Assembly (NCBI GenBank): GCA_963702205.1
Contig: OY969724.1
Coordinates: forward strand, 517,602-581,601
Reading direction: 5' to 3'
DNA from: an uncultured candidate division Zixibacteria bacterium
GTDB lineage: Bacteria; Zixibacteria; MSB-5A5; GN15; PGXB01
Length of the DNA stretch: 64,000 bases
Both the position numbers and the translations under genes were made by a program. The notes under the pieces were generated by a model. That model saw nothing but the letters and a program-made list of their open reading frames with translations. It searched no databases and had not been told where the DNA came from. Shown piece after piece: positions 1 through 9,436 of the stretch (position 1 is its first letter; each line of letters opens with the position of its first letter).

Positions 1-228
1 AATGCGCGTCTTGGCCTGTCCGCGAAGGCCGAGCAAAATGATATCGTGTCGCGATAATATCGCGTTTTCCAGCTGCGGCAGGACCGAGCGATCGTAACCG
101 ACTATACCGGGAAAACGCGGCTTGCCGTCCTTTATCTGTTCGATCAGATTTTTACGAAGCTCATCCTTTACCGAAAGGGGTGTGTATCCCGCTTTCTTCA
201 ATTCACCTGACGATTTAACTGCCTTCAT
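1..228 (-). CDS. AAA+ ATPase of the Mg-chelatase ChlI-like family, N-terminal part (gene runs off the window start)
   Basis: Not in the ORF track because no stop lies in the window. My translation from the ATG at 228..226 is MKAVKSSGELKKAGYTPLSVKDELRKNLIEQIKDGKPRFPGIVGYDRSVLPQLENAILSRHDIILLGLRGQAKTRI. It ends in a Walker-A-like GLRGQAKT, and the N-terminus is typical of this ATPase family. Confidence 0.55.
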   Translation of the reverse strand, partial: MKAVKSSGELKKAGYTPLSVKDELRKNLIEQIKDGKPRFPGIVGYDRSVLPQLENAILSRHDIILLGLRGQAKTRI

Positions 229-423
229 ATTCAAAATCCTGTTTAATTGTCCATTGTCTGTTTACTTCAATAACAACATCTGCCCCCGGTCGGTTCGTAT
301 TATTGCCCGACGGCGCGTTATAAATACGAAGACAATCGCAATTTGCGACGGTATTGCGGTTAAATTGCAATCAGGAAAATATAAAGGCAGGTGCCTGAGG
401 GGACCTGACACCCGCCTTATGGT

Positions 424-445
424 GAGCCGCCCGGGCGGGCGGCTC
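424..445 (-). terminator. GC-rich hairpin downstream of the sigma-54 activator gene
   Basis: The stem gagccgccc/gggcggctc is 9 bp with a 4-nt loop, 29 nt past the stop at 474. No clear U-tract follows, so terminator function is uncertain. Confidence 0.3.
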
Positions 446-473
446 GGTGGTGGAATCCCGTTAGGGATGGATG

Positions 474-2708
474 TTAGTTTAATGTCTCCGACAAACCGTA
501 GCGTTTCATCTTCGCCCGGAATGTCGATTCGTGGATGTTTAACAATCGCGCCGCCTGTGACTTATTGCCTCCGGCCGTAACCAGGGCTTCGGTCAGGAGA
601 CGCTTTTCAAATTGTTCGACTCGCTCGAACAGCGAACGTGTTTCTTCTTCGCGTTTTTCGTCGAAGAATGACCGGGCCAGTTCGAGATACGATCCGTCCT
701 GGGCCATCGACGACAGCGCCGCCAGTTGCTTGACGCGGTTTTCCAGCTGTCGGACGTTGCCGGGCCAGTCGAATTCGACAAAGCGCTGCACCAGTTCCGG
801 CTCCGGACCGCTGCCGTTGAGCATGTTGCGACGACGCATGAAGAGCTCCAAAAGTTGCGGAATGTCTTCCTTGCGCTCACGCAGCGGCGGAAGTTCGAAA
901 GTGACACCGGCCAGACGATAGTACAAATCGCGACGAAAAGTGCCGGCCTCGACCATATCCGCCAGGTTGCGATTGGTGGCGGCGATGATAATAATGTCCA
1001 GCTTTATTTCGTCGGTACTGCCCAGCGGACGCAGCCTCCTGGATTCGATGACGTTCAGCAGCTTGGCCTGAAGTATCAGCGGCAGCTCGCCGATTTCATC
1101 GAGAAGCAACACCCCGCCGTTGGCCTCGACAAAAAGTCCGGGCTGCGATGTATCCGCACCCGTGAACGCGCCGCGATGGTGCCCGAAAAGCTCCGATTCT
1201 ATCAGAGTTTCGGGAAGAGCCGCGCAGTTGATGGCGACGTACGGTTTATCCGGCCGCGTGATTGAATGGAAATACCGCGCCAGGTAATCCTTGCCCGTCC
1301 CGGTTTCTCCCGTTAAAAGAATCGGGATATCCGTGTGGCGCAGCAGGTTCATCTGCCGGATAATCTGCTGCATGCGTTCGTTTTTGGTCGGAAATTCACT
1401 GGCTTTTTCATTTGCTTGAGATTCTTTGGCCGAAGGAACCGCTACTTCGCAATCCCCAATCAACCTTTGTATCCCGAGCGCCTGTGCATCCAGACCGCAT
1501 TTATGATAGCGATCCTCGGCCCGGCAGAGATACATCATCTTTTGTCCGGACGTGAAGATTTCCGCGACACCGGCGTTGGCCAGCGTCTCGGCCAGCTCAA
1601 ACGCGGCCTGACAATCTTCAAGGATGTTAATGGCGCGCCGGTATGATTCCCGCGCGGAGTCGACATGACCCAGGTTCAACTGGCATTCGGCGACTATGCG
1701 CGAGAGCGCCCCGATCTCGATAGTATCGTTGAGCTTTCGGAACAATACCAGGGCCTTGTTGGCGGTCGCCAGCGCCTTGCGATAATTGCCTCGGGTCAGC
1801 GATACCTCGGCCAGATGCCGTAACGGGCGGGCACTTAAAAACGACTGCGAGGCTATGCGTGAACCCTGCGCAAACGCCCTAATAAGAGTCTTTTCCGCCT
1901 CGTCGAGACGCCCTTCCTTGATAGCCAGTTCACCGGCGTACGTAAAATACATTACTTCTTCACGGTCCATCTTGTTGGAGCGGATATATTCATAACCGCG
2001 ATCCAGCGACATGGCCGCACTGTCGAATTTGAGCTGCTGAATCTGGACGTAGCCCAGAGATAAATAGGCCCGGGCCAGATCTGTTTCATTATCGAACTCA
2101 TGCGACAGCTCGATATTCATCCGAATATTATCTTCGGCCTGGTCGAGTTTGCCCAGAAGGGTGTAAACACGACCGATGTTACCGAAAAGACAGGCAAGTC
2201 GTTTTTTATCACCGGCGCCTTTGGCCGATTCGACCGCATTTAAAAGATATTCCAGGGAACGATTGAGGTCGCCCCTGAAAAAATGGACTCCGGCCAGCCG
2301 ATTGAGGGCCCGGCCGGTTCCGGAGATATTACCGTTTCGCCTGAATATCGATTCTGCATCGCGGAAAGACCGAACAGCTTCATCGTAGTTGCCCATATCT
2401 CGGAGGAGGTTTCCGAGAATAATATAACATTCAGCCAATTGGTCAGCTTCTCCTGAAGCATTAGAAATGACGGCTATAGCGCTTCTTATAAGTTGCAGCG
2501 CCTTGGGGAACTTGTGCGATGAGCCGTAGGCATTGGCCGCAAGACGCAAAATCATACCGCTCTCAATATCGTTGCCCGATATGACAGAGTCTGCCAGGGA
2601 TTCGAAATACTTGACGGCCTCGGCAAAATTGCGGTTGGCCACCAGGTTTTCCAAATACTTCAGGCAGCTGGCGCGGTACGTCTGTTCTGCGCTTACTGCA
2701 TGACTCAT
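474..2708 (-). CDS. sigma-54-dependent transcriptional activator with a long N-terminal TPR region
   Basis: 744-aa ORF. The AAA+ sigma-54 interaction module shows GETGTGKD (Walker A), ESELFGHHRGAFTGA (GAFTGA loop) and VRQLEN. The C-terminus has a Fis-type HTH (GGNKSQAARLLNIHESTFRAKMKRYGL). The N-terminal ~400 aa are TPR-like helical repeats. Confidence 0.9.
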   Translation of the reverse strand: MSHAVSAEQTYRASCLKYLENLVANRNFAEAVKYFESLADSVISGNDIESGMILRLAANAYGSSHKFPKALQLIRSAIAVISNASGEADQLAECYIILGNLLRDMGNYDEAVRSFRDAESIFRRNGNISGTGRALNRLAGVHFFRGDLNRSLEYLLNAVESAKGAGDKKRLACLFGNIGRVYTLLGKLDQAEDNIRMNIELSHEFDNETDLARAYLSLGYVQIQQLKFDSAAMSLDRGYEYIRSNKMDREEVMYFTYAGELAIKEGRLDEAEKTLIRAFAQGSRIASQSFLSARPLRHLAEVSLTRGNYRKALATANKALVLFRKLNDTIEIGALSRIVAECQLNLGHVDSARESYRRAINILEDCQAAFELAETLANAGVAEIFTSGQKMMYLCRAEDRYHKCGLDAQALGIQRLIGDCEVAVPSAKESQANEKASEFPTKNERMQQIIRQMNLLRHTDIPILLTGETGTGKDYLARYFHSITRPDKPYVAINCAALPETLIESELFGHHRGAFTGADTSQPGLFVEANGGVLLLDEIGELPLILQAKLLNVIESRRLRPLGSTDEIKLDIIIIAATNRNLADMVEAGTFRRDLYYRLAGVTFELPPLRERKEDIPQLLELFMRRRNMLNGSGPEPELVQRFVEFDWPGNVRQLENRVKQLAALSSMAQDGSYLELARSFFDEKREEETRSLFERVEQFEKRLLTEALVTAGGNKSQAARLLNIHESTFRAKMKRYGLSETLN

Positions 2709-2709
2709 A

Positions 2710-3069
2710 TTAATTCCCTTTCCCCGTAAGTGGACTTCCCGTCGATGTATTGGTGCTGCCCGACGAATTCTGCGTATCCTGCAGCTTGGTAGGGGTCGGC
2801 GTCGAATCGACGTTGGCGCTGAATATAATTATGAATCCAAAAGTGCCGCTCAGGTCGAAATAGAAATACTGACCCGGGGCCGTGCTGTACGTGCCGCCGG
2901 TATTATTGCCGTTATCAACGTAGAGTCCATCACCGCCCCACGGGTGCTCGTCCGTATCGGGTTCAATCCCGAGTCTGTTGACTATGGGATTGTAAGCCCC
3001 GAATGAGGTCGCCGCGATGGCCAGAACCATCACGACAACCATGCCAAAAATTGGAAGATACTTTTTCAT
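2710..3069 (-). CDS. small secreted protein of unknown function
   Basis: 119-aa ORF with a signal peptide (MKKYLPIFGMVVVMVLAIAATSFGA) and a Gly/Asn/Thr/Ser-rich mature part. Its stop lies 1 nt from the start of the sigma-54 activator gene. Confidence 0.6.
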   Translation of the reverse strand: MKKYLPIFGMVVVMVLAIAATSFGAYNPIVNRLGIEPDTDEHPWGGDGLYVDNGNNTGGTYSTAPGQYFYFDLSGTFGFIIIFSANVDSTPTPTKLQDTQNSSGSTNTSTGSPLTGKGN

Positions 3070-3452
3070 TTCTCCACTCCTCGCGAAATGTTTATGTTTG
3101 TAAATTATATATTCTTATCCCGGCTCTTAAATTCAGGCGGAAGGTTAGTTTGTGTGAAGCGGGATTCCATCCATATATAAAATACGTCGTATTCGTAATT
3201 GTGTCAAGCGATTTTATGGTTTTCTCGATGAACAACAACGGGTTACAACGACACTCAAAACCCCGCGATGAGGCTTGGAAGGCCCTTCGGCGCGGTTTTG
3301 CGCCCCGATGCTGCCATGGTCGTACCCTCTTTATTCAAAAATATATTGCACAAGCACGCCGCCCGGTCGTCTGACATACCGGGATAAATATTACTCGGAT
3401 GTCGACTGAAAGGCAGTCCCCAAAAGGTAATTTATCGTACGGAGGGCAGTTA

Positions 3453-6119
3453 ATGCACACGCAAAGGTTGGGAATTAAATTTGCGGTCTCGAGTCTTTTT
3501 ATTTTTCTCTTAACCACCACCACTATTTTAGGAAGAGCGAAATTCGACGACGGTAATTACCGTGAGCCGGATCATCAGAAGGCATTAGTAAGTACAGTTC
3601 CCTGTGTCACTTTTGCCATGCACGATATTAACAAAATGGGCCTGGCCGTTTCCAACCAGGGTCATTTCGGGACGGGATTCGCCGGGGGAGGCAGCGGCGT
3701 CGACGACAGCACCGGGGTTGCCCTTCAATCGGCCATGTATCCGTACCCGGGCAATGTCTCATATTTGTTTGCCGGGGCCTTCTGGATAGGCTCTATTGTG
3801 GGACGTGACACTCTTGTCTCGATGGGTGCCGACGGCTGGCTGCAAACCCGTGAGATGTGGCCTCCGACCTGCGGCTTTCCCCAAAACGGCGGGATAAAAA
3901 GGCTGTCCATTTCCGATCCCGAAGACGTTGTCGCCGGGGCTCTGTCCGAACAGGACTATATCGCCATTTATTCCGACACCCTGACCGACAGCCGCTATGT
4001 TATCAATGACGGCTATGACGGTCGCCCTCACCATCCTCTGAATATTGCCGTAACGCAGCGCAGTATGGGTTGGTCATACAGTTACGCCGAAGATTTCATC
4101 CTGTTCGATTATGCAATCAAAAACATCGGACGACAGGACCTTCAGGCGGTTTATATGGGGATTTACGTTGACGGCGACGTCGGCCCGTCCAGCAGAGACC
4201 CAAACGAAGCCCTGGACGATATCTGCGGGTTCAAGCAGTGGATACCCAGCCCCATGCAGAATGTCGATCCCGCCTGCGGGTTCATCGATACCATAAACAT
4301 CGCCTGGATTTCCGACAACGATGGCCGTACTAACAACACCGGTCAACCGTCATGTCCGGCCGGTTTTGATTTTACCAGCGTTACCGGAACCCGCGTAGTT
4401 AGAACACCGTCGGATTCATTGAAATATTCCTTTAACTGGTGGATTTCCAATGGCAATCCAAGCCAGGATTTCGGACCGAGAAAATCAGGTACTCCCCAGG
4501 ACCCTTTCCGCGACTTCGGCGGTTTTCTGGGAACACCTGAAGGAGACCGCAATAAGTATTATATAATGCGGCACGAGGAGTTCGATTACGATCAGATATT
4601 CAGCAATGTCGACCAGACCGCCGAAGGGTGGCTGGCCCCTTCGGATGACGGCGATGATTTCGCCAATGGCTACGATACTCGTTATCTTTTATCTTTCGGA
4701 CCGTTCGACATTTCTCCGGGAGAGATCCTGCGCGTCAGCTTTGCCTATGTGGGAGGTGAAAGATTCCTGACCGATTGCGACGCCTTCAACGACCGGTGGA
4801 GCAGCCAAAACCCTCAGGAATATTACAATTACCTTAATTTTCACGATCTCGGCCTCAATTCGGTCTGGGCGTCGTGGATTTATGATAATCCTAATCGCGA
4901 TTCCAACGGCAATAAATACTTCGGGAAATACCGCGTTTGCTGCAAAGACACATCCGAGGTCATAACCGTTATTTCCGAAGATCCCCTCGTGACGGAAACC
5001 ACCATGGTTTGTAATAGAGCCGATACGATGTGGTACGAGGGCGACGGTATACCCGATTTCGAGGGCGCCCAACCCCCAATTGCCCCTAAATTCTGGACTT
5101 ATCCCCGGGTCAACGAATTCAACGAAGGCGAATTGGTGGTTCGATTCAATGGTTTCGAATCCGAAACGGTTCCCGACAATTTCAGCGGCGAGCTCGATTT
5201 CGAGGGTTATCGCGTCTGGAGCGCTCTATCTTCCGATCCGGATGAATTCAGCCGCCTGGCGAGTTTCGACATCGAGGATTTTAACCGTTGGGAGTACGAC
5301 AGCGACAACGGCATCTGGGTCATTCGCCGCATCCCTTTCACGCTGGCGGAGCTCCACAGCCTGTACGGAAATGACTTCAACCCCGATAATTATACCCGTG
5401 ATAATTTGTACTACGATGAGAATGAAGGGCAATACTTCTGGTTTTCGCCGCAGGACTGGAACCAATCCAGCCTGACCGACACGACTATCATCCAAAAAAA
5501 ATATCCTGACGAACTTTCCCCCACGATTCTCGACCCGGATTCGGCCGCGATTTACTACCCCGAAGAACTCACCGACGACGGGTATTTCAAATATTACGAG
5601 TATGAATACACGATCCGCAAGCTGCTGCCGTCACAGTTGTACGATGTGGCCGTGACGGCTTTCGACTACGGCTCTCCGGTCAGCGGCCTGCCGTCTCTGG
5701 AAACGGCCATCAGCCGCAACATGATGGCGGCGTACGCCCAAAACAGCAATTCCGAAGTGGAGCGGCGCGGCCTCAACGTTGTCGTCTATCCCAATCCGTA
5801 TCGTATCGACGGCAATTATCAGAGCGTCGAAGGAGGCGCGTTCGAGGGGCGCAATGTCGATCCATCGTTGTCGAGCGACCGTAAACGGGCGATCCATTTT
5901 TCCAACCTGCCGAATAAATGCACTATTCGGATTTTCTCGATAGACGGCGACCTTATCCGTCAGATAGAACACGACATGCCCAAAGATGAACCGACAAGCA
6001 TGCACGACAGCTGGGACCTGATAACCCGCAATACACAATCGGTCGTTTCGGGGATTTATTATTATTCGGTGGAATCGGAGTACGGCCACCAGATTGGCAA
6101 GCTGGTTATAATTTTGTAG
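3453..6119 (+). CDS. large secreted protein of unknown function with a T9SS C-terminal sorting domain
   Basis: I prefer the internal ATG at 3453, preceded by ggaggg, over the track start at 3399. The N-terminus is hydrophobic (LGIKFAVSSLFIFLLTTTTILG). The C-terminus (CTIRIFSIDGDLIRQIEH...SWDLITRNTQSVVSGIYYYSVESEYGHQIGKLVIIL) has the Por/T9SS CTD pattern. Confidence 0.8.
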   Translation: MHTQRLGIKFAVSSLFIFLLTTTTILGRAKFDDGNYREPDHQKALVSTVPCVTFAMHDINKMGLAVSNQGHFGTGFAGGGSGVDDSTGVALQSAMYPYPGNVSYLFAGAFWIGSIVGRDTLVSMGADGWLQTREMWPPTCGFPQNGGIKRLSISDPEDVVAGALSEQDYIAIYSDTLTDSRYVINDGYDGRPHHPLNIAVTQRSMGWSYSYAEDFILFDYAIKNIGRQDLQAVYMGIYVDGDVGPSSRDPNEALDDICGFKQWIPSPMQNVDPACGFIDTINIAWISDNDGRTNNTGQPSCPAGFDFTSVTGTRVVRTPSDSLKYSFNWWISNGNPSQDFGPRKSGTPQDPFRDFGGFLGTPEGDRNKYYIMRHEEFDYDQIFSNVDQTAEGWLAPSDDGDDFANGYDTRYLLSFGPFDISPGEILRVSFAYVGGERFLTDCDAFNDRWSSQNPQEYYNYLNFHDLGLNSVWASWIYDNPNRDSNGNKYFGKYRVCCKDTSEVITVISEDPLVTETTMVCNRADTMWYEGDGIPDFEGAQPPIAPKFWTYPRVNEFNEGELVVRFNGFESETVPDNFSGELDFEGYRVWSALSSDPDEFSRLASFDIEDFNRWEYDSDNGIWVIRRIPFTLAELHSLYGNDFNPDNYTRDNLYYDENEGQYFWFSPQDWNQSSLTDTTIIQKKYPDELSPTILDPDSAAIYYPEELTDDGYFKYYEYEYTIRKLLPSQLYDVAVTAFDYGSPVSGLPSLETAISRNMMAAYAQNSNSEVERRGLNVVVYPNPYRIDGNYQSVEGGAFEGRNVDPSLSSDRKRAIHFSNLPNKCTIRIFSIDGDLIRQIEHDMPKDEPTSMHDSWDLITRNTQSVVSGIYYYSVESEYGHQIGKLVIIL

Positions 6120-6183
6120 GCGTTTGCCCACGAAATTGCGCGTTCAGTACGGGGCGGCCATGTTGCCGCCCCTGTTTTTTAAG

Positions 6184-6483
6184 TCAATCTCCGGCTTTCA
6201 GCAAATCGTACGGGTTAAAAACCTTTTTCACGATCGGCTCGATTTCGCTCTGGGTATACGCACGAAAGGTCTGGGTACGGACGTTACCCAGGCTGGACAG
6301 GCTGTAGGAATGAGCCATGGCGTCTTCTTCGCTTTCCACTTCGAAAATGTGCACGACGTCGAAAACACCGGCGGTCCAGAAAGTATTTACTATTTTTATG
6401 CCCCTCTGCTTCGCCTGCCGGAATTCAAAAATATCCCAACGCTATTCTTCATAAGAATTCAGAACCTTCGGGCGGTGGGGCAT
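6184..6483 (-). pseudogene. GYD-domain protein gene interrupted by an in-frame TAG at codon 14
   Basis: My translation of the minus strand is MPHRPKVLNSYEE*RWDIFEFRQAKQRGIKIVNTFWTAGVFDVVHIFEVESEEDAMAHSYSLSSLGNVRTQTFRAYTQSEIEPIVKKVFNPYDLLKAGD. The region spans 300 nt (100 codons) with TAG at 6444..6442. The GEYD-like/GNVRT core is typical of ~100-aa GYD proteins. It is absent from the ORF track because both pieces are short. Confidence 0.6.
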
Positions 6484-6515
6484 CCCAATGTCGATATGAG
6501 TTATGATAAATATTC

Positions 6516-6689
6516 GTACATAAAAAATACGCCATCAGGGATTCGCAAAGTCCTGAACGTAGTGAAGGAAACCCCGGACCGACTGACCACAATTCCGTAC
6601 ATAAAAAATACGCCATCAGTGATTCGCAAAGTCCTGAACGTAGTGAAGGAAACCCCGGACCGACTGACCACAATTCCGTACATAAAAAA
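6516..6689. repeat. two tandem 81-bp units carrying pseudo-copies of the tRNA-Lys(CUU) 3' half
   Basis: Units lie at 6516..6596 and 6597..6677 with 1 mismatch, and a third partial unit runs into the genuine tRNA. Read on the minus strand, each unit is ggaattgtgg + TCAGTCGGTCCGGGGTT + 24-nt insert (tccttcactacgttcaggactttg) + CGAATC(C/A)CTGATGGCGT + attttttatgtac. Confidence 0.9.
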
Positions 6690-6762
6690 TACGCCATCAG
6701 GGATTCGAACCCCGGACCGACTGATTAAGAGTCAGCTGCTCTACCAACTGAGCTAATGGCGC
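6690..6762 (-). tRNA. tRNA-Lys (anticodon CTT)
   Basis: I folded GCGCCATTAGCTCAGTTGGTAGAGCAGCTGACTCTTAATCAGTCGGTCCGGGGTTCGAATCCCTGATGGCGTA by hand into a cloverleaf. It has a 7-bp acceptor stem (G1-U72), D arm GCTC/GAGC, anticodon loop CTCTTAA and a TTCGAAT T-loop. Confidence 0.9.
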
Positions 6763-6776
6763 ATTTCCAAAATTTG

Positions 6777-6848
6777 TGAGGGTGGAAGGGATCGAACCTT
6801 CGACCACCTGCTTAAAAGGCAGATGCTCTACCACTGAGCTACACCCCC
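6777..6848 (-). tRNA. tRNA-Lys (anticodon TTT)
   Basis: GGGGGTGTAGCTCAGTGGTAGAGCATCTGCCTTTTAAGCAGGTGGTCGAAGGTTCGATCCCTTCCACCCTCA forms a clean cloverleaf. The anticodon loop is CTTTTAA and the T-loop is TTCGATC. Confidence 0.9.
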
Positions 6849-6908
6849 GGCCTTAAAGGCGAATCACATTATAAAAAAAGCCGAGGATATGTCAACATCC
6901 TTTTTGCC

Positions 6909-7433
6909 CTATTTGACGATATCCACCAGTTCGACGTCGAAAATGAGGGTCGCATTGGGCGGTATAACTCCCGGATAGCCTTTATTACCATACGCCAGTT
7001 CCGGCGGAATCGTCAGCTTGCGCTTCTCACCCACTTTCATATCCAGCAAAGCCTCGTCCCAGCCCTTTATAACTTTGCCAACCCCGACCTGGAACTGAAG
7101 CGGTTCGCCACGGTCGACCGAGCTGTCGAATTTCTTACCGTCGACCAGCCAGCCCGTATAGTGGGCCTTGACGATATCGCCTTTTTTCGGGACCGGGCCG
7201 GTGCCTTCTTTCAGCACGATATATTTCAGACCCGATTTGGTCGTGATTTCTTTCTGAGCCGTTTCATCTTTTTTCGCCGACGCGCTGTCGGCGGGCATAT
7301 CCCTGGATTCCGAAGTCATAGCGGTACTTTCTTTTGCGTCCTTTTTAACTGCTTTAGTGGAGTCCGACATATCGGCAAAAGCCGTCGCGAATAAGAAAAG
7401 CAGCGTCAGCGTCACCAATGTAAATTTAAGCAC
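6909..7433 (-). CDS. FKBP-type peptidyl-prolyl cis-trans isomerase, secreted
   Basis: The C-terminal FKBP domain reads [83 protein letters not shown] prefer the GTG start at 7433, preceded by ggagg with a 7-nt spacer, followed by the signal peptide [19 protein letters not shown]. Confidence 0.85.
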   Translation of the reverse strand: MLKFTLVTLTLLFLFATAFADMSDSTKAVKKDAKESTAMTSESRDMPADSASAKKDETAQKEITTKSGLKYIVLKEGTGPVPKKGDIVKAHYTGWLVDGKKFDSSVDRGEPLQFQVGVGKVIKGWDEALLDMKVGEKRKLTIPPELAYGNKGYPGVIPPNATLIFDVELVDIVK

Positions 7434-7543
7434 GATTATTCCTCCCCGGCAAAAATTAAGGGTGAACAAATCCAATATATGCTATACGTATGGAATTGTC
7501 CACCCTCAAAAAACAATCGAGTATATCGAGTATATCGACTATA

Positions 7544-9436
7544 TCAGCTTCCCAGCAGCTCCTTTTCGTACTGGTCAACCAGTTCCTTAAGAATCTTGAA
7601 AACGTTGTTGACCGGTTCGGGCGAGGTCATATCGATGCCGGCTTTCTTTAAGATGTCGATCGGGTAGGCCGACGAGCCGGTTTTGATAAACTGCAGGTAC
7701 GCCTCTTTCGCCCCGGGCTTGCCGTCGAGAATCATCTGCGACAACATCTGCGACGCGGCATAGCTGGTGGCGTACTGGTAGACGTAGAACTCCCGATAAA
7801 AATGACTTATCCGCAGGCAGCCGATGTCGTTGATCGGCAGCAGGTCCACGTCGGGTCCTTCGTATTTTTCGAAAATTTCGCGGTACATCGCACGCATCGA
7901 TTCGGCCGTCAAAGCGCCGCCGTTTTCGATCGTCTCGTGCGCTTTCAGTTCGAATTCGGTGAACATCACCTGCATGAAGAACGTCCCGATAATCTGTTGA
8001 ATGTAATAATCAAGCAGGTACAGCCGCTCTTTCTTGTCTTTGGAGTGCTTCAGCAGATATTTGAGCATGATCGATTCGTTGCAGGTCGAGGCCACCTCGG
8101 CGCAGAACAGCGAATGACCGGCATAGATGTATGGTTCGTTTTTGTTGGTATAATAGCCGTGCATGGCGTGACCCATCTCGTGGGCCAGCGTCGATACCGA
8201 GTTTAGTGTTCCGTTATAGTTGAGAAGCATCACCGGGTGGACGGCATACGTGCCCCAGGTGTACGCACCCGTGCCCTTGGCTTTGGTTTCGTAGACGTCG
8301 ATCCAGCGTGAATCGAAAGCTTTCTTGACGTTGTCCAGATAATCCTGCCCGAGCGGCTTGAGCGCGGTCAGGACCATTTTTTGGGCGGTCGGGTAATCGT
8401 AATTAATGTCCGGCTTTTCGACCAGCGGGATATACAAATCGTATTTGTACAGCGTGTCGTAGCCGAGGACTTTCTTTCTCAGTGCGTTATATTTATAAAT
8501 TATGGGCAGATTATCATTGGTGGCCTTGACCAGATTGTCAACGACCTCTTCAGGGATATCATTGCCGAACAGCGAATTGGCCAGGCACGATTTATAATCG
8601 CGGGCCTGGGCGACAAAATAATCCGACTGAATCGACGCCGCCATGGTGGCACCGAGGCTGTTCTGGACTTTGGCGTAGGCGCTGTCGTAAGCGGTCGCCG
8701 CGCGTTTTCTCAGTTCACGACCGCCTTCATCGAGAATCCGGCTGTAGCGTTCGGGCGTCAGTTCGATTTCACTGCCGTCGGTATCCTTGATCGTCCCGTA
8801 ATTCATGTCGGCCGTTTCCAGCATATTGAAAATATCGCTGGGCGTACGCATCAACGGCGAGGCCATCGCCAGGACTTTTTCCACTTCGGGTGACATGATG
8901 TGCGCCTTGCGGCGGATCAGGTCTTCGAGATAGAATCGATATATGCCGAGACGTTTATTGGAATCGATAAACTGTTCGAGCTTGTCGTTGTCGATCTGGA
9001 GAATCTCCGGTTCGGCGCAGGATGTGACCTGGCTGAGCTGCGAGCTCAGAGCGTATGCACGCTGACTCATCTCCTGGTACTTGCTGATGCGGTTGTCTTC
9101 GTCGCGCTTGAGATTGGCGTAGACGAACAACCGGTGCAGGTTCATGCCGAGTGAATCCGAGCGTTCCAGAAATTCGGCCAGTTCGTCCGATGATTCGCCG
9201 AGATGACCCTCGTACCCGGCCATGGTCGGAATGACTTCTTTGAGGCTGGCCAGATTCGCTTCCCAGTCATCATCGCTGGCGAAGAAATCGGTCAAATCCC
9301 ATTTGTATTGATCCTCGATCTGGTCGCGGGTCGGAATTTCATCGACCTGCGCCACGACCGGAGAGTTCCACATCGCGGCCAGCATAAGCATCGCGAACAG
9401 ACCGGCCAGAATGCGGAAACCTTGGTGCTTGGACAT
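7544..9436 (-). CDS. pepF: oligoendopeptidase F (M3B metallopeptidase)
   Basis: About 630 aa with the zinc motif HEMGHAMH, M3B-like length and layout, and an N-terminal signal-like segment. I prefer the ATG at 9436, 7 nt after aggagg. Confidence 0.9.
   Translation of the reverse strand: MSKHQGFRILAGLFAMLMLAAMWNSPVVAQVDEIPTRDQIEDQYKWDLTDFFASDDDWEANLASLKEVIPTMAGYEGHLGESSDELAEFLERSDSLGMNLHRLFVYANLKRDEDNRISKYQEMSQRAYALSSQLSQVTSCAEPEILQIDNDKLEQFIDSNKRLGIYRFYLEDLIRRKAHIMSPEVEKVLAMASPLMRTPSDIFNMLETADMNYGTIKDTDGSEIELTPERYSRILDEGGRELRKRAATAYDSAYAKVQNSLGATMAASIQSDYFVAQARDYKSCLANSLFGNDIPEEVVDNLVKATNDNLPIIYKYNALRKKVLGYDTLYKYDLYIPLVEKPDINYDYPTAQKMVLTALKPLGQDYLDNVKKAFDSRWIDVYETKAKGTGAYTWGTYAVHPVMLLNYNGTLNSVSTLAHEMGHAMHGYYTNKNEPYIYAGHSLFCAEVASTCNESIMLKYLLKHSKDKKERLYLLDYYIQQIIGTFFMQVMFTEFELKAHETIENGGALTAESMRAMYREIFEKYEGPDVDLLPINDIGCLRISHFYREFYVYQYATSYAASQMLSQMILDGKPGAKEAYLQFIKTGSSAYPIDILKKAGIDMTSPEPVNNVFKILKELVDQYEKELLGS

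Noticed and set aside
6442-6444. TAG reassignment or pyrrolysine-type recoding as the explanation for the in-frame TAG in the GYD gene
   Set aside because: TAG terminates dnaA and dnaN at the expected protein ends in this same window, and no pyl genes are seen. A nonsense mutation or a sequence error is simpler.
6124-6756. 210-aa plus-strand ORF
   Set aside because: It runs antisense through the GYD gene, then through the 81-bp tandem repeats (giving the duplicated peptide TIPYIKNTPS.IRKVLNVVKETPDRL) and into tRNA-Lys. It is an artefact.
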